A DNA stretch of 63,511 nucleotides, filler included, from Catajapyx aquilonaris (taxonomy: Eukaryota): NCBI GenBank assembly GCA_000934665.2. It is 2 parts of 2 records of this genome, joined end to end, with 100 filler letters (N's around TTAATTAATTAA, not from the genome) between each part and the next. Parts side by side here need not be neighbours in the genome. Positions count along the whole stretch, not along the records: positions 1 to 31,640 come from KZ539158.1; positions 31,741 to 63,511 come from JYFJ02004506.1. One strand, written 5' to 3'. Below, one piece after another: positions 24,101 through 35,600 of the stretch (position 1 is its first letter; every line of letters begins with the position of its first letter). The notes under the pieces were generated by a model, which saw only the letters and a list, made by a program, of their open reading frames with translations, was not told the origin of the DNA and ran no database searches. The translations under genes were made by a program, and so were the position numbers.

Positions 24101-27100
24101 ATAGAAACTGCTACATTTGATCACCTATGGATAATTGGGCACAGCCCCCGGGCACTCCCTCTATCATCAGCTCTTATCGCCTGACGGGGCGTTTTGTGGG
24201 AGGTGCTCACTTGAGAGCGCGTGTCACAGCTGTAAATACATGTGGCGACCCTACTGGACTGTGCTGAACTTAAGTAGAAGGGAAGATTCTTAATTTTGAC
24301 AGATTCTTCCCATCTACCTACGTTCAGCGCAGTCCGGCAGGATCGCCACATGTATTTACAGCTGTGACAGGTGCTCTCAAGTGAGCACCTCCCGCAAAAC
24401 GCCCCGTCAGGCGATAAGAGGGAGTGACCAGACCTAGGTATTCTAAAGCCATGATTGGGCATCTGGATAGCGGTGCAACAACCTACACAAAAATAACTAC
24501 TATGGGTGATATTAGAGATAACTAAAAACAACCCTGATACTTTGAACACCCTGTACTCTATTGTAGATACATACATCCTATTGTTTGATTTCTACTCAGA
24601 CTTATACTGTTTGTACTTTGTTTTCAGCGAGTTTGCTTTGTGGAAAAAGCACCTGACAACATGCAGATACATATTCGCATCCTGCGCTGCTTTACTTCGT
24701 GGATCTCGATTCAAGCTATTCCGCTCTCTGAAGTAACGCAGCATGTGATATTTGTGAACGCATTTCAAATTCTTGGGAATCATCAGGTAACTAGCAGTAA
24801 AATAATAGTCAGTTAGGCTGGGTTGCATAAATGATAGTAGATCCCTAAACAACTACATAATCTGCTATGAATAACATGAGATGAAGCACTTGTTTTGGGT
24901 TTACTTTCATTAAATTGAGGTGTATGGCGACTCGAATCTTCCTGCCTAGACACATTTCATTCAGTTTACTCGTGACAGACATTTAAGACATGCTTCTGGG
25001 CATTGTGGGGAACCCATTCACAATGGTGTCAATATATTGGATAGGATAGTGACTCCAGTATCAATGTACAGGGTTACCATAAAAGAAATAGACACTTTTA
25101 ACGTTTGATAGAAACCAAAGTATTATTGATAGAGCCAAAATATTAGCATGTGTCTGGAAGTTTTATGACTAGTTACTTTATGTTCAGTATTGGTCATATA
25201 TCGAGGCAACTGCCAGCGACATTTTCCAAAGCGGCAGAAGAAGGAATCGAATACTTCAAGCATGGGCGAGCAAGATTCCTTCTTCTGTGGCTTCGGAAAA
25301 TGTTGCTGGCAGTTGCCTCGATATATGACCAATACTGTTCCATCTGTAGACTACTGCATATTCTACAATTTAAAAACATGTTCAGAGCTATGTCAAATTT
25401 GTCTTACACATAGGGCCGATTTCTCGAACAGTGGTTCAAGTCAGTTTGAACTGAGTTTGCGCTACACGCTGGATGCAGTTTAAACTCCCCTGCGAGTGTG
25501 CGTATTTCTCGAGCTTAAACAAACTCTCGGTTACTATGTGAACGACAAGACTCGGTTAAAATTGCGCCGTTGCCACATGTCGCGTCCTCCCCATTTCCCA
25601 GAACCGGTCTGAGCTTCAGCGCGAGTCTTTACCGGCTTATAAACAAACTCTAGTCAGCAAGTCTAGAAGTTGGAGTGAGGGACATTGCATTTGAAAGTGA
25701 CATTTTTTGACTAGTTGCCGACGTTACGCGGCAAAATGAATTTTTTATGAGGGGGAGGTGTGGTGGCCGTGATGGTAACGTCACGGCTTGCTGTGTGAAA
25801 GGCCCCAGGTTCGATCCCCGCCTGGGGAACTTTCCTTTCACCTGCGTCAGGAGGGTCTCTGACCTGCACCAAGGAGGTGTCTGGCAACCTAACCTCCTGG
25901 GGAACAGCACATGACCCGTTTGCAGACGTGCACCTTGCACCCATGTTCCCTCCCCAAAAATTCCCTATCCCTTCCCCATGTCCTTTCATCCTTGCACCGG
26001 AGTGAAGAAGAAAAAAAATAGAAAATTGAAGCAAATGGTGGTATCCCACCCCCCTAAAAAGGGCCCATGGCCCTAGCACGGGGTAACGTAAAAAATAAAT
26101 AAATTTATGACACTTCTCGGAAGCCAAAATATTCACGCTGTGGACCCTTGATAGTGCAAATCTTTGTCTTTCTAATGATATATATTTGAAACTCGGAAAT
26201 CGCCATTTGTGTAATCATAATTAAGTTAATTGCACACCTCTGTTATCTCGGCCGTTTCTCATCCGAATTACTTCGCGAATGTACCGACCGAAAGCCAGAA
26301 ATGTGCGTGATAAAATTACATATTGCTACACTACAAATCTTAAACGGATTTAAAAGTATCGCCGTCTATTCCCGCCAGAAATCGGGCTGAGTACTTGTCT
26401 ATAAAGCTTACTAAAAGAGGACTTTTAAAAGTTTTAGTGTAATAGAGCACGATGTAATTTTATCACGCACATTTCTGGCTTGCCGTCGATACATTCGCGA
26501 AGTAATTCGGATGAGAAACGGCCGAGATAACTGAGGTGTGCAATTAACTTAATTATGATTACACATAGTTGCGATTTATAAGTTTCAAGCATATCATTAG
26601 AAAGACAAAGATTTGCACTATCTATGGTTCACAGGGGGAATTTTTTGGCCTCCGAAAAGTGCCATAAAAACTCATTTTGCGGTGCAACGTCTGCAACTAG
26701 TCAAAAAATGACACCTTTCATTGTTGTTCCCGGCATTCCAAACCCGGTTTATTTCAGATAACGGCCGGCAATCGGGCCGTCAGATGTGAACCGAGTTTAA
26801 ACCGTATCCATGGTTTGTTTTTGCCTCGAGAAATGGAAATTTCTCTGAACTGGGTTCAAACCGGACTTGAACCTTGTTTACATTTGAACCACTGTTCGAG
26901 AAATCGGCCCATAATGTTGCAGAACAATCCACCTGCAAAAGTCTGGACTGGCGAGATATTGCAGTGTTGAATTATTTTGGATTAGTGTTGTAAAGCCTGG
27001 GGAAAAACTTATTGCTTTCCCTCCCCAAGGTAAGGTCATGAAAAAACTGCAATTTGGCTATTGACAACTACATAAAGGAACTTTTTCCATTATTTACCAA

Positions 27101-28773
27101 GTACAGTTTAACATGAAAACTCACTTGTCGTATTCATTTGGATTTGTAAAATTTCATTGCAGACTGCATAATTAGTGTATTAAACGTAAAATCAATTGGG
27201 TTTGTAGTCTGAAGTGCATCTGGTAATTATTAACATCTGCTTTTTGAGTAATTTTTATCAAAGCCCTCAAAAAATAACTCCAAAATTTGCCTACCTACTA
27301 CTTGGTCTTTGACTCAGTCACTGAGGAAATTCCTGCAGAAATTTGCTGTCGCAATAATTAGATCCTTGACTTCACCTCAGTCCTGGCCTACACCTCCATC
27401 CTTGACTACACCTCGATCCTCGACTAGACCTCGGTCCTTGACTAGACCTCGGTCTTTGACTACACCTGGGTCCTTGACTACACCTGGGTCCTTGACTACA
27501 CCTGAGTGGAATGTACCTGGGTGGAACACACCTGAGTCCCACGTGGAGTCCCCAGAAAAGGCACGACTGACAGTGACAGTTTCATTTCCTACATTTTTGG
27601 TTGTTCATAATAAGATTTGGAGCAATTTAAACAGGTGACATAAATAGTAACTTGATAATGGTTGTAAAATGCCAAAGAGTTTCTGAAAAGTTCCTGGTGG
27701 GTGCAGTTTGGCAGACAGAATCATTTCAACTTGAAATTTATTTTAGAAGATTAATGTAATCAAGTTGTTCATAGTGCTGTAGCTTGCGTCACATTGTTTT
27801 CTCCAGGCAGAGAAAGAGGCAGACATGAATTGTGATTTGTAGCCATGCATATAGGATGGGCCAGAGCACGCACAGTGCTCTCTCATTTCATGAAACAAAA
27901 TCATGCATGGTGGTGCAGAGGTAGGGTTTCCCTATCACCGATTCACTGTGTGCCACAAACCTTTTTGCCTTGAAGATATATAAGTTTATTTTTGCTATAT
28001 TCTAAATCACATATTTCATCATTTAGCTCACATCCATATTGGGTACAATGTCATGGACTTACGGATGTGAAGTCTGTATCTCTGCCTATCAAATTTTGGT
28101 TGATCAGAAGATGAGATTGCTTGCCCTGCCTGTGGAATCCCTTTTCCTTACTTTCTCTCTCTCTTTCCTCCCTCTCAACCCACCAACAGGACTGCAGGAG
28201 TGAGCAATATTATTTTGACCATAAGGATGTGAAGGGCTGCATGGTGGTTTAATGGTTAGCACCACAGTCTTCCACCTCTGAGGTCTTGAGTTCGATCCCC
28301 AGGTCGGACAGAGGATACTTATGTGGATAGAGTTTCAATGGGTTCTCTCCATGTTCACGTGGGTTTTCTTGGGGCTCTTCCATTTCCTACCACAATCAAA
28401 ACCCATTGCAGCACAGTCAGTGATTCGAGTCGGTTATCAACAAGGTGATCTAAAAGGCCCAAGTAGGCCTCATGGGCTATTATTAATAATAATGATGAGA
28501 TGATGAGAGCTAAATTTTGAAACACTTGGTATAATGCTAAAGAAGCCTGTAATTATTGATAAGGTGTTCTGGTGTTTGACCCTTTACTGCTTGTGTCATC
28601 CAGAGTCACGAGAGACTACATGAAGCTGCAACAGAGTGTGTTTGCACTATTTTGGATGCCCTGCAAAATCAAAGTGGAGAACAACTAGAAGAACTGGAGA
28701 AACAGATGTTCTCTGGGGTCAGGCATCTGGAAGAAGCTTATCACATGTCAGTTGCTACAGAGGATCTGGAAAA
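18127..28773 (+). CDS. TNPO3: Transportin-3 / transportin-SR, 5' part only (337 codons); exons 18127-18381, 20541-20969, 24628-24786, 28604-28773
   Basis: AIQALY...EKASRWLGDLQKS|LFAWKIAD...CYFAAQTMRTKIQ...LPEEVNSRSLRLGANRR|...ILRCFTSW...|LHEAATECVC...LEEAYHMSVATEDLEK match TNPO3. GT-AG introns with consistent phases. No further exons found before the join at 31641. Confidence 0.93.
18695..18792. repeat. Tandem 49-bp duplication
   Basis: AAGTTTTAAACTGGCTGGGGGTCA...GGTAACCAGTGTCAAC occurs twice in a row with few mismatches. Confidence 0.85.
19579..20064. mobile_element. Mariner-type foldback MITE carrying a SINE-A head fragment in its loop
   Basis: TA|CGATGGTTAGTCAGAAAAT ... ATTTTCCGACTGGCCCTCG|TA; ~190-bp arms; GGCCGAGATGGTAACGTCTTGGCTTGCTGTGTGAAAGGTCCCAGG at ~19842-19887. 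Confidence 0.8.
21232..21720 (+). mobile_element. Internally deleted mariner relic
   Basis: TIR CGAGGGTGGTTCAATA / TATTGAACCACCCTCG; degenerate transposase VLLLDFLDTGEMIIAVPYC*TLDEL*PAICHKRPGLL. Confidence 0.8.
22229..22403. mobile_element. Harbinger-like palindromic fragment
   Basis: TAA|GGTCCGGTTCACACGTGG terminus (similar one at 62832) followed by ~55-bp inverted arms. Confidence 0.6.
23331..23687 (-). mobile_element. tRNA-derived SINE, family B
   Basis: B box GGGTTCGAACCC, body shared with 36843 and 62254, 12-bp TSD AAATGCCAGGAC (23319-23330, 23688-23699). Confidence 0.88.
24153..24426. mobile_element. Foldback MITE
   Basis: ~110-bp inverted arms (CTCTTATCGCCTGACGGGGCGTTTTG...). Inner part GTGGCGACCCTACTGGACTGTGCTGAAC matches the terminus of 31741-31898. 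Confidence 0.8.
25185..25337. mobile_element. Small palindromic MITE
   Basis: CAGTATTGGTCATATATCGAGGCAACTGCCAGC ... GCTGGCAGTTGCCTCGATATATGACCAATACTG. Confidence 0.8.
25413..26910. mobile_element. PIF/Harbinger-like element containing a ~1-kb inner foldback (about 25692-26722) and a SINE
   Basis: TIR GGGCCGATTTCTCGAACAGTGGTTCAA / TTGAACCACTGTTCGAGAAATCGGCCC, TSD ATA. Confidence 0.85.
25751..26103 (+). mobile_element. tRNA-derived SINE, family A
   Basis: A/B boxes, shared tail, TSD TTTATGA (25744-25750, 26104-26110). Confidence 0.9.
27363..27536. repeat. Minisatellite: 8 x 18 bp (TCCTTGACTACACCTSGG-like) plus two degenerate 15-bp units
   Basis: Units read directly at 27363-27506, in TNPO3 intron 3. 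Confidence 0.9.
28234..28495 (+). mobile_element. tRNA-derived SINE with V-domain-like core
   Basis: TGGTTTAATGG A box, GAGTTCGATCCC B box, core GTTCTCTCCATGTTCACGTGGGTTTTCTTGGGGCTCTTCCATTTCCTACCACAATCAAAA, (AAT)n tail. Confidence 0.75.
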
Positions 28774-28909
28774 GTATGTCCACTGCTCTCAGTTTTCTCT
28801 TTATAAGCTATGTTTAGATTCGGATTAGAATATTACATTCACTGGGCTTCCTGCAGCAAAAGAAGGCACTGCACTGTCTCTGCCCAAGGCAATTACAGCA
28901 CTGACATAT

Positions 28910-29806
28910 CCTCCTGAGACCTGGTGTCGACATATGTCGACATCAGCAAAAGATTTTTTTGGCGCCAACCAGTGATGCCAACAGAACTGTAATAGGCTGG
29001 TATCCCATGGTTACAATCTGGCCTCAATAGCTGTAGCCACCTAGCGTCGAATATCTGGCTTGGGCCGCGAAAATTAAATCGCGGACAAAATGGCGGATTC
29101 CGCTGCTGAAGCTTAGGCGCTCATCTGATAAGTTTTATTTTTTTACTCATATTTAGAATGCGATTTTTGCAATGCAGTGAATGTCCTGGGATTCGCAAGG
29201 AATGTGTCTTCGGAACTGCGAAAAGATGATTCTGTGACAATCTTTGTTGCTGTAGAGAACTGGTCATTTTCTTTTCTTCCTGAGACAAAATGTCCATTTA
29301 AATGGACATCCGAAAAATGGCATTTTTAGCTGAATGGGTGTGACTTTTCTTTACGTGCCTGTACCTATACACCCATAAGGAAGTGGGCTTTGCACTATGC
29401 CGTTCAGTTTTGAAATCTAGAATAGCAAGGTACCACTTTAGCGGGTAAGAAGGGAAGGAGCAAGCCCCATGCCTGGAGTGGTGGCGTTCAAAAATAATTT
29501 CATTTATCTTTAATTGTCTTCTGAGAGGAATTGCTACCACGAATTCCACAAATGAATTTAAAAAACATTGTTTGGAGGATAGAGCACTATGTGAGTGATC
29601 CATTAAGGGGTATTTCAATTTTCAGCTTTCATCCGTTCTGCTTTTGTAGCACCAATTCGGTCCTAATGTTCCCATTGGTTGTTTGTCGCCATTTTTGTCG
29701 ATATTTTAAAACTAAATTTTTTTTCTCGTTTCTTATTGGGAACATGTTCAGAAAATGCAATAGGAACTGACATTGCGTTAAAAAATGCTTCTCAGGTCTC
29801 AGGAGG
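28910..29806. mobile_element. Non-autonomous piggyBac-like element flanked by ATAT, copy 2
   Basis: Same termini and body as 12947-13837, ATAT on both sides. Confidence 0.85.
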
Positions 29807-29814
29807 ATATAGCA

Positions 29815-30500
29815 GGTTGCACCGGCTCTTGAAAAGATCTTTCCACCAAGAAATTGGAACAAATCCAGCCGAATAGTTCGAAAAGTGTTGCACCGTCACC
29901 CGAATTAGGTTTCCAGCCGCTTTTTCGATCGAATACTTTTACCCCACCCTGGACGGGCCGAAAAGTGACTATACGGGTCGAAAAGTTGTTCGGTGGCTGA
30001 AATTCAACATGACCTGGAAGGTTATCCCTGTCCAATCTCGAGGATTTAAGCTTACAGTAGGTTTTATTCCCTGCCCGTGCTCTCAGATCAGGTGAGTGAT
30101 GATTGCGCACACATAAATTTGCATTAGAAATATACAAGGTGCTCCAAGGTCATGGGTCGTTTATGTGTAACTGATATCACCCAATAGTAGTTTTTTTTCG
30201 TAGCGTGTTGTGCCCCCAATCAGTTGCCCCAATCTATAGCAACTGCTACATTCGACCCTTAGGGTGTAATGGGTGACGTCATGAGTATGACATCCTCGAC
30301 TAGTGGCCAATCCGGTGACTCGTAGCATGAGAGGTTGGGAATGCACAGAATTGGACCGGATTTGTTATTCGGCTGGAAAACTTTCCTGCTGGTGGAAGCA
30401 GTGCAATGCCTGCCCGGGAATTATTAATGTTTCCAGCTAGTCAGCGGAACAGGATTTTCAACTTTTCCGCTTCTTTTTCGAGAGCCGGTGCAACCCGCCC
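29815..30500. mobile_element. Harbinger-like MITE
   Basis: GGTTGCACCGGCTCTTGAAAAGA ... TTTTTCGAGAGCCGGTGCAACCCGCCC. Confidence 0.7.
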
Positions 30501-31640
30501 ATAGTGGCACATGTTTTGGGTAATGAGATGGATCAGTTGAACAGTGGAGCTGTAAAATGCAGGCAAAATGTTATTTTAAACATATTTTTCTCAGAACTGT
30601 TTGTAAACCCAGGCTTATAAGTTATAAGTCAAAGTCTGCCAGCCAGTACTTTTGAGCATGTTGCCAGTTGGTTATGGTAAAATAGATGACACCTTGGACA
30701 CCAACATTTTCAGTTACATCTCACCTACGTTGTTACCAAAATTATGGATATTGATCTGCCTGCCGGAAAAGCTTGAGGCATATGTATTCACATGAGTATC
30801 AGTGTACTTGTCATTTCCCTGCACTGCACTGATGTGCAGGGAATCGGAAGTGTTTTTCAGTATTTGTCTCTTTGATTAGGCAGCATTTATGGTATGCCGA
30901 CAATGCCAGCATCCTTTTCAGTGATATTCTGACATTTTCTTGTACAAAAATCTCTTGTATGTGGGGCTTATTACACTTGTCTCAGATTAGAAAACAAGTA
31001 ACGAATTTTTAATGATGGACAGTGGCAATAAATAGGTTGAATTCTTTGCAAATGTCAGCATATTTTGACCTTTGTAGGTCTAATAATCATAAAAGAAATA
31101 CTGCTGACCATGACCTTCTCATTTCTGGATAGGTGACTGCTCAATTCGAATCAGCTTGTCCAATTGAAAAATTTGCACGGAAAGTCTATCGTTTATCCGC
31201 ACCTAGCGACGCAACGGGGTTGGGAAGGCATGGCGGGCTCCAAACATGTTGGCTACGGGTCGCAAACAATCGGTTGTCGGGAGAGCACAACAAAGGGCAT
31301 CTTGTTACCCCTGCCACGCAAACCGATCAGATGAGTGCTAGACCACAGTATTAATGAAGGAGGTGGGAAATATGAAAGCCATGATGGTTGGTCCAGTCCA
31401 GTAACCCAAAGAACGACACTTCATCAAGCATTCTTGAAGGCATTCGAATTTAGCTGGCAGCAGTATCAAGGCACCCGATTGTTTGCGACGCAACGTTGCC
31501 AACCGTCGGGAGGCCCCCCGCCCACCCAACCCCGACCGCGTTGTTAAGGTGGAAATGAAGCGACTTGCTAATCAAATGAGAGTCTAGAATTGGAATGTTA
31601 ATAAGAAGGGCTAAAATCAGGGAAACATACGCGACCGATG

Positions 31641-31740
31641 NNNNNNNNNNNNNNNNNNNNNNNNNNNNNNNNNNNNNNNNNNNNTTAATTAATTAANNNN
31701 NNNNNNNNNNNNNNNNNNNNNNNNNNNNNNNNNNNNNNNN
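31641..31740. other. Artificial contig-joining spacer (44 N + TTAATTAATTAA + 44 N)
   Basis: Exactly 100 nt and symmetric; TTAATTAATTAA places TAA stops in all six frames; the genes on both sides are truncated. Confidence 0.92.
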
Positions 31741-31898
31741 AGTGGCGACCCTACCGGACTAGGCTGAACTTTATAGGTACAAAAGAGAAGCGCTACATGT
31801 GGGCCCAACATGGCCGCCGGCGCCCATGTTGGGTCCCCCAATGTAGCGCTTCCCTTTTGTACCTATAAAGTTCAGCCTAGTCCAGTAGGGTCGCCACT
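31741..31898. mobile_element. Palindromic MITE
   Basis: AGTGGCGACCCTACCGGACTAGGCTGAACTTTATAGGTACAAAAG ... CTTTTGTACCTATAAAGTTCAGCCTAGTCCAGTAGGGTCGCCACT. Confidence 0.8.
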
Positions 31899-32631
31899 TA
31901 ATAAGGGACTTTTGTAAAAACCTCGATTGGGTATGATGGGTATTTTCCGGCATGTGTGAAACGTGTACTCTCTGTATCACCTGATCCCATTGCGAGGCCA
32001 AAATGAAACATTGGGAGATGCAAGAGGATAGTACAAAGTAATTTTGGGAATTTTTTCAAAATTTTTAAAATATCATTTTTTGAAATATTTAAATTTAAAT
32101 ATTTAATTGAGTTTAAAAATTTTAATAAATATGATAACCTCTGCCGTGTTACATATTAAATTAAAGCCCATGGAAAGACCTTCAATATGAGACATTCCCC
32201 AGGTTTATATCTCATCTGGTTCCTGAGAAAATAATACTTGAGTATTTCAAGACGCAGCAATTTTTAGTCAAAATTGGAATATTTAATATTTAATAACTCT
32301 TGAATGGTAGGCAAAAAAAAATCTTTCTTTTGGTTTTCATTCATAACTATGTAAGGACACTAGACACACCAAGTTTCATCAAAATCTGAGGGGTCAAGGC
32401 CAATCGCTGTGATGATTTGACATGGAATGACCCTTTTATGCATGCTTTTAAATTCCTGAAAATGAGATACTTTTCCCAATGTTCATAAATTTCCTCCCTG
32501 TAAAACTTCACTTTTTACAAATATGAGATATTCTTATAACACTCTTTATAAGCCCCTCTGTTTCTGGATGTTTCCCAGTAGCAAAGCCGCAATGAATTAG
32601 CAACTACTAATACAAAGAAATGTAAAAATAC

Positions 32632-35600
32632 CAGATCATCTGCAGTGACAGGTGCCCCTGCCCTACTGCTGGCCACCACCATCTTTCCAAGCCTCTGTCT
32701 CATATCGTTCAAGCTGGTGGATAAAGCTAGGACAGCCATTATCTCCGAGGACACAGCAATGTTGAACTTCGTGGTGCGGGCATGACCTTTCTCAGTTGGT
32801 GACTGCCCTATTGTAATTTCACGTAGGAAGCGATCATTAGTGTCCAAAACTCTGGCCCAGGTGACTGACTCTGCATCAATGTCCAGTCTGGCAAAGCGTC
32901 TAATCTCCTCTGGAGTGAGTGACTCTGGGTCTTTCTTGTTAATCCCAACCTTTTCCAGCCTACTAAGCTGACTCAAGCAGAAACTTCTCCCTTTGCCCTG
33001 AACTGCAGGGACTAGTCTCGAGTATAATGCACCATCCTTTTGAGTTGCCTCATGGAAAATTCTAGCATCAATCTGGGCAGCCAGAAGATTTGTGGCTGCA
33101 GTGACAGCATGAATATCACCAGTAAGGTGGAGATTAAATTCCTCCATGGGCACCACCTGAGAGTAGCCACCACCAGCAGCACCCCCCTTGATACCAAAAG
33201 TTGGCCCCTGGGAAGGCTGACGAACACAGGCAAACACATTCCGATTCATGTGGGCTCCCAGTGATTGAGACAAGCCAACAGTAGTAGTGCTTTTGCCTTC
33301 ACCCAGTGGGGTTGGGGTGATTCTGGAAAATAAAGTCACCACATTAGAAGGCCAAGCCATTATATTTATGCTCATGGGTTAGAATTTTCCCCACAGTCTT
33401 AAAAAAAAAAAAACTTATGAGGATCTATAGAACCATCATGTGATCAAATGTGAAGCATACAAAACCCTGCCAGGAACTCGATCTTCTTAAAGGCCGTAAA
33501 ATTTTAACCTGGTCATGGACAGAACAGATGGACGACCACCTGTAGGAAAGTGTCCTGTCTCATTCATGCATCTTAACATTCGTGAAACAGTCAACTAGGA
33601 CTGGGATACAACAAGCTGATAATAAAAAGGACGCGTACAGTACACACTAACCCTGCAACAACAACGTATTTCCCTTCTGGCTGGCCTTTAAGTCTGTCCA
33701 GTACAGTGAGGTTTATCTTGGCTTTGCTGTATCCACAAGGCTCCACCTCACCTGGCAGCAACCCCACCTCCCTGGCCAACTCCAAAATGGGCTTTAGTTT
33801 CTGTGCTCTAGCTATCTCTATGTCAGATGGCACAGGAAGCAGAGGCCTTAAGGGAAGAGGCCTCAAGGGCCACTTGCCCACCACAAGACCTTTACTGGCT
33901 TTCATCGCACCCTGCACGGTGTTGCGCATCAGCATTGCTACTGTCATTGGGCCAACCCCACCTGGCACAGGAGTGATATATGATGCAACCTTTTTGACCT
34001 CCTCAAAGTCAACATCACCTACAAGGCGTCGTCCAGATTTGCGGGATTCATCTGAAAAAAATCGAACACATTTTAGGTGTTGAAATACAGTGCAAGTTGA
34101 ACATTTAAAACATTCTGGCACTGACGGACTCTAAAGTCATAAGTAATTCCCCCAAAAAGGGTACTGCCCTTGAAAGGGGTAACGTAAATAAAAATAAATA
34201 AAAAATATAAAAAAGTCATAAGTAATGTGTACGAGGTGCTACCCAAAATTTCCGAGAATTCGCGTAGAAAAACATTAATATTTACTTATGTCCTCATTTC
34301 CACTGCCACCTTCAAAGTAGTCACCTTGGTCTCGTATACAACGATCCCAGCAAATTTCCCATTTTTGGAAGCACCCCAAAAAATTGCCCAACTCTAGCGT
34401 GTTCAGCACCTGCTGCGATTTTGGTTAGATCTCTTAAGTGGAGTCAAAATGCCTCCTTTTCAACCCAAATTTCATTTTAGGGAATAGGTAGCAATCACAC
34501 TGGGCCAGGACAAATGAATAGGCAGGGTGTGGAACAGTGGTCATGTTGTTTTTTGTCAGGAAGTCCCTGACAACGCGTGAGGTGTGTGGAGGCGCATTGT
34601 ACTGGTGCAGCAACCAGTCTCTGTTCTTCCACATCTTCGGCCATTTGAGCCTGAATAGTCTCAAACCATCACAGTAAGACTTCCTGTTGACAATTTCACC
34701 AAGTGGAAGAAACTACATATGTAGGCCTACAATTCCTAAAATGTCAAAGAAAATGATCAGCATTGAGTTGATTTTGTTGTGAACTTGGCACGGCCTTTGA
34801 AGCGGTTAAACCACTCATATGTTATTGCTTGTCTTACCGCCTGCTCATCAAAAGCCTTGTTCAGGATTCGGTGGGTTGCAGCCGAAGTTTAGTGGAGCTT
34901 GAAGCAAAATTTAATACAAATCCTTTGCTCCCTAACATCAACCATTTCGAAAAATCACAGAAACACAAGAACACGGTGTCACGAAAACTGCCAAATCTCG
35001 GAAACATGGGCACCTATGATGACGATAATTTTCAGACTAATAGCTGAAAGGTGTACCTAGCACTCCCTAGCGTCACAACTTACCTCTATTGGTTTGCACG
35101 GTATATCCAAATTCTCGGAAATTTTGGGTAGCACCTCGTAATTGGAAAATTCTTTGTAAAATGTTAAAAAATCTTGGTGCAATGCAAACAGTAACTTTTT
35201 AAACAAAATCAACTAAATAACTGTAATTTTATGTATTGACAAATTCACTAAACCATAAAAAGGCAATTCTACAAAACTCAACTCAGTCAGCACAACACAT
35301 TATGAATGTAAGCAATCTTGTGGAATACAAATAGAAAAGTTCCAGCTACCCGTCAGCAGGAATGTTTGGACACCCTTATCTACATTTACATATTTCTACA
35401 CCCACATGTTCCTAATAACAACCCATAAAATGACGCAATGCCTAAATTAATCTCCTAATGGAATGTAAATTGCAAGACAAAAAATTCATCAATGCATGCT
35501 TAAGAGTTAAGCAATCAGTTTATATGTGGCATTCATATGCAGGTTTTGTTATAGTGATTCAGGCTGAGTAGCAATGCTCAAGAAATAGTACCTTCAACAA

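Noticed and set aside
25751..25825. tRNA-like sequences at SINE 5' ends
   Set aside because: They are heads of repeated SINEs with tails and TSDs; no intact cloverleaf or T-run terminator.
27363..27506. Regular short repeats as a possible CRISPR array
   Set aside because: Contiguous tandem units with no spacers, no cas genes, eukaryotic intron.
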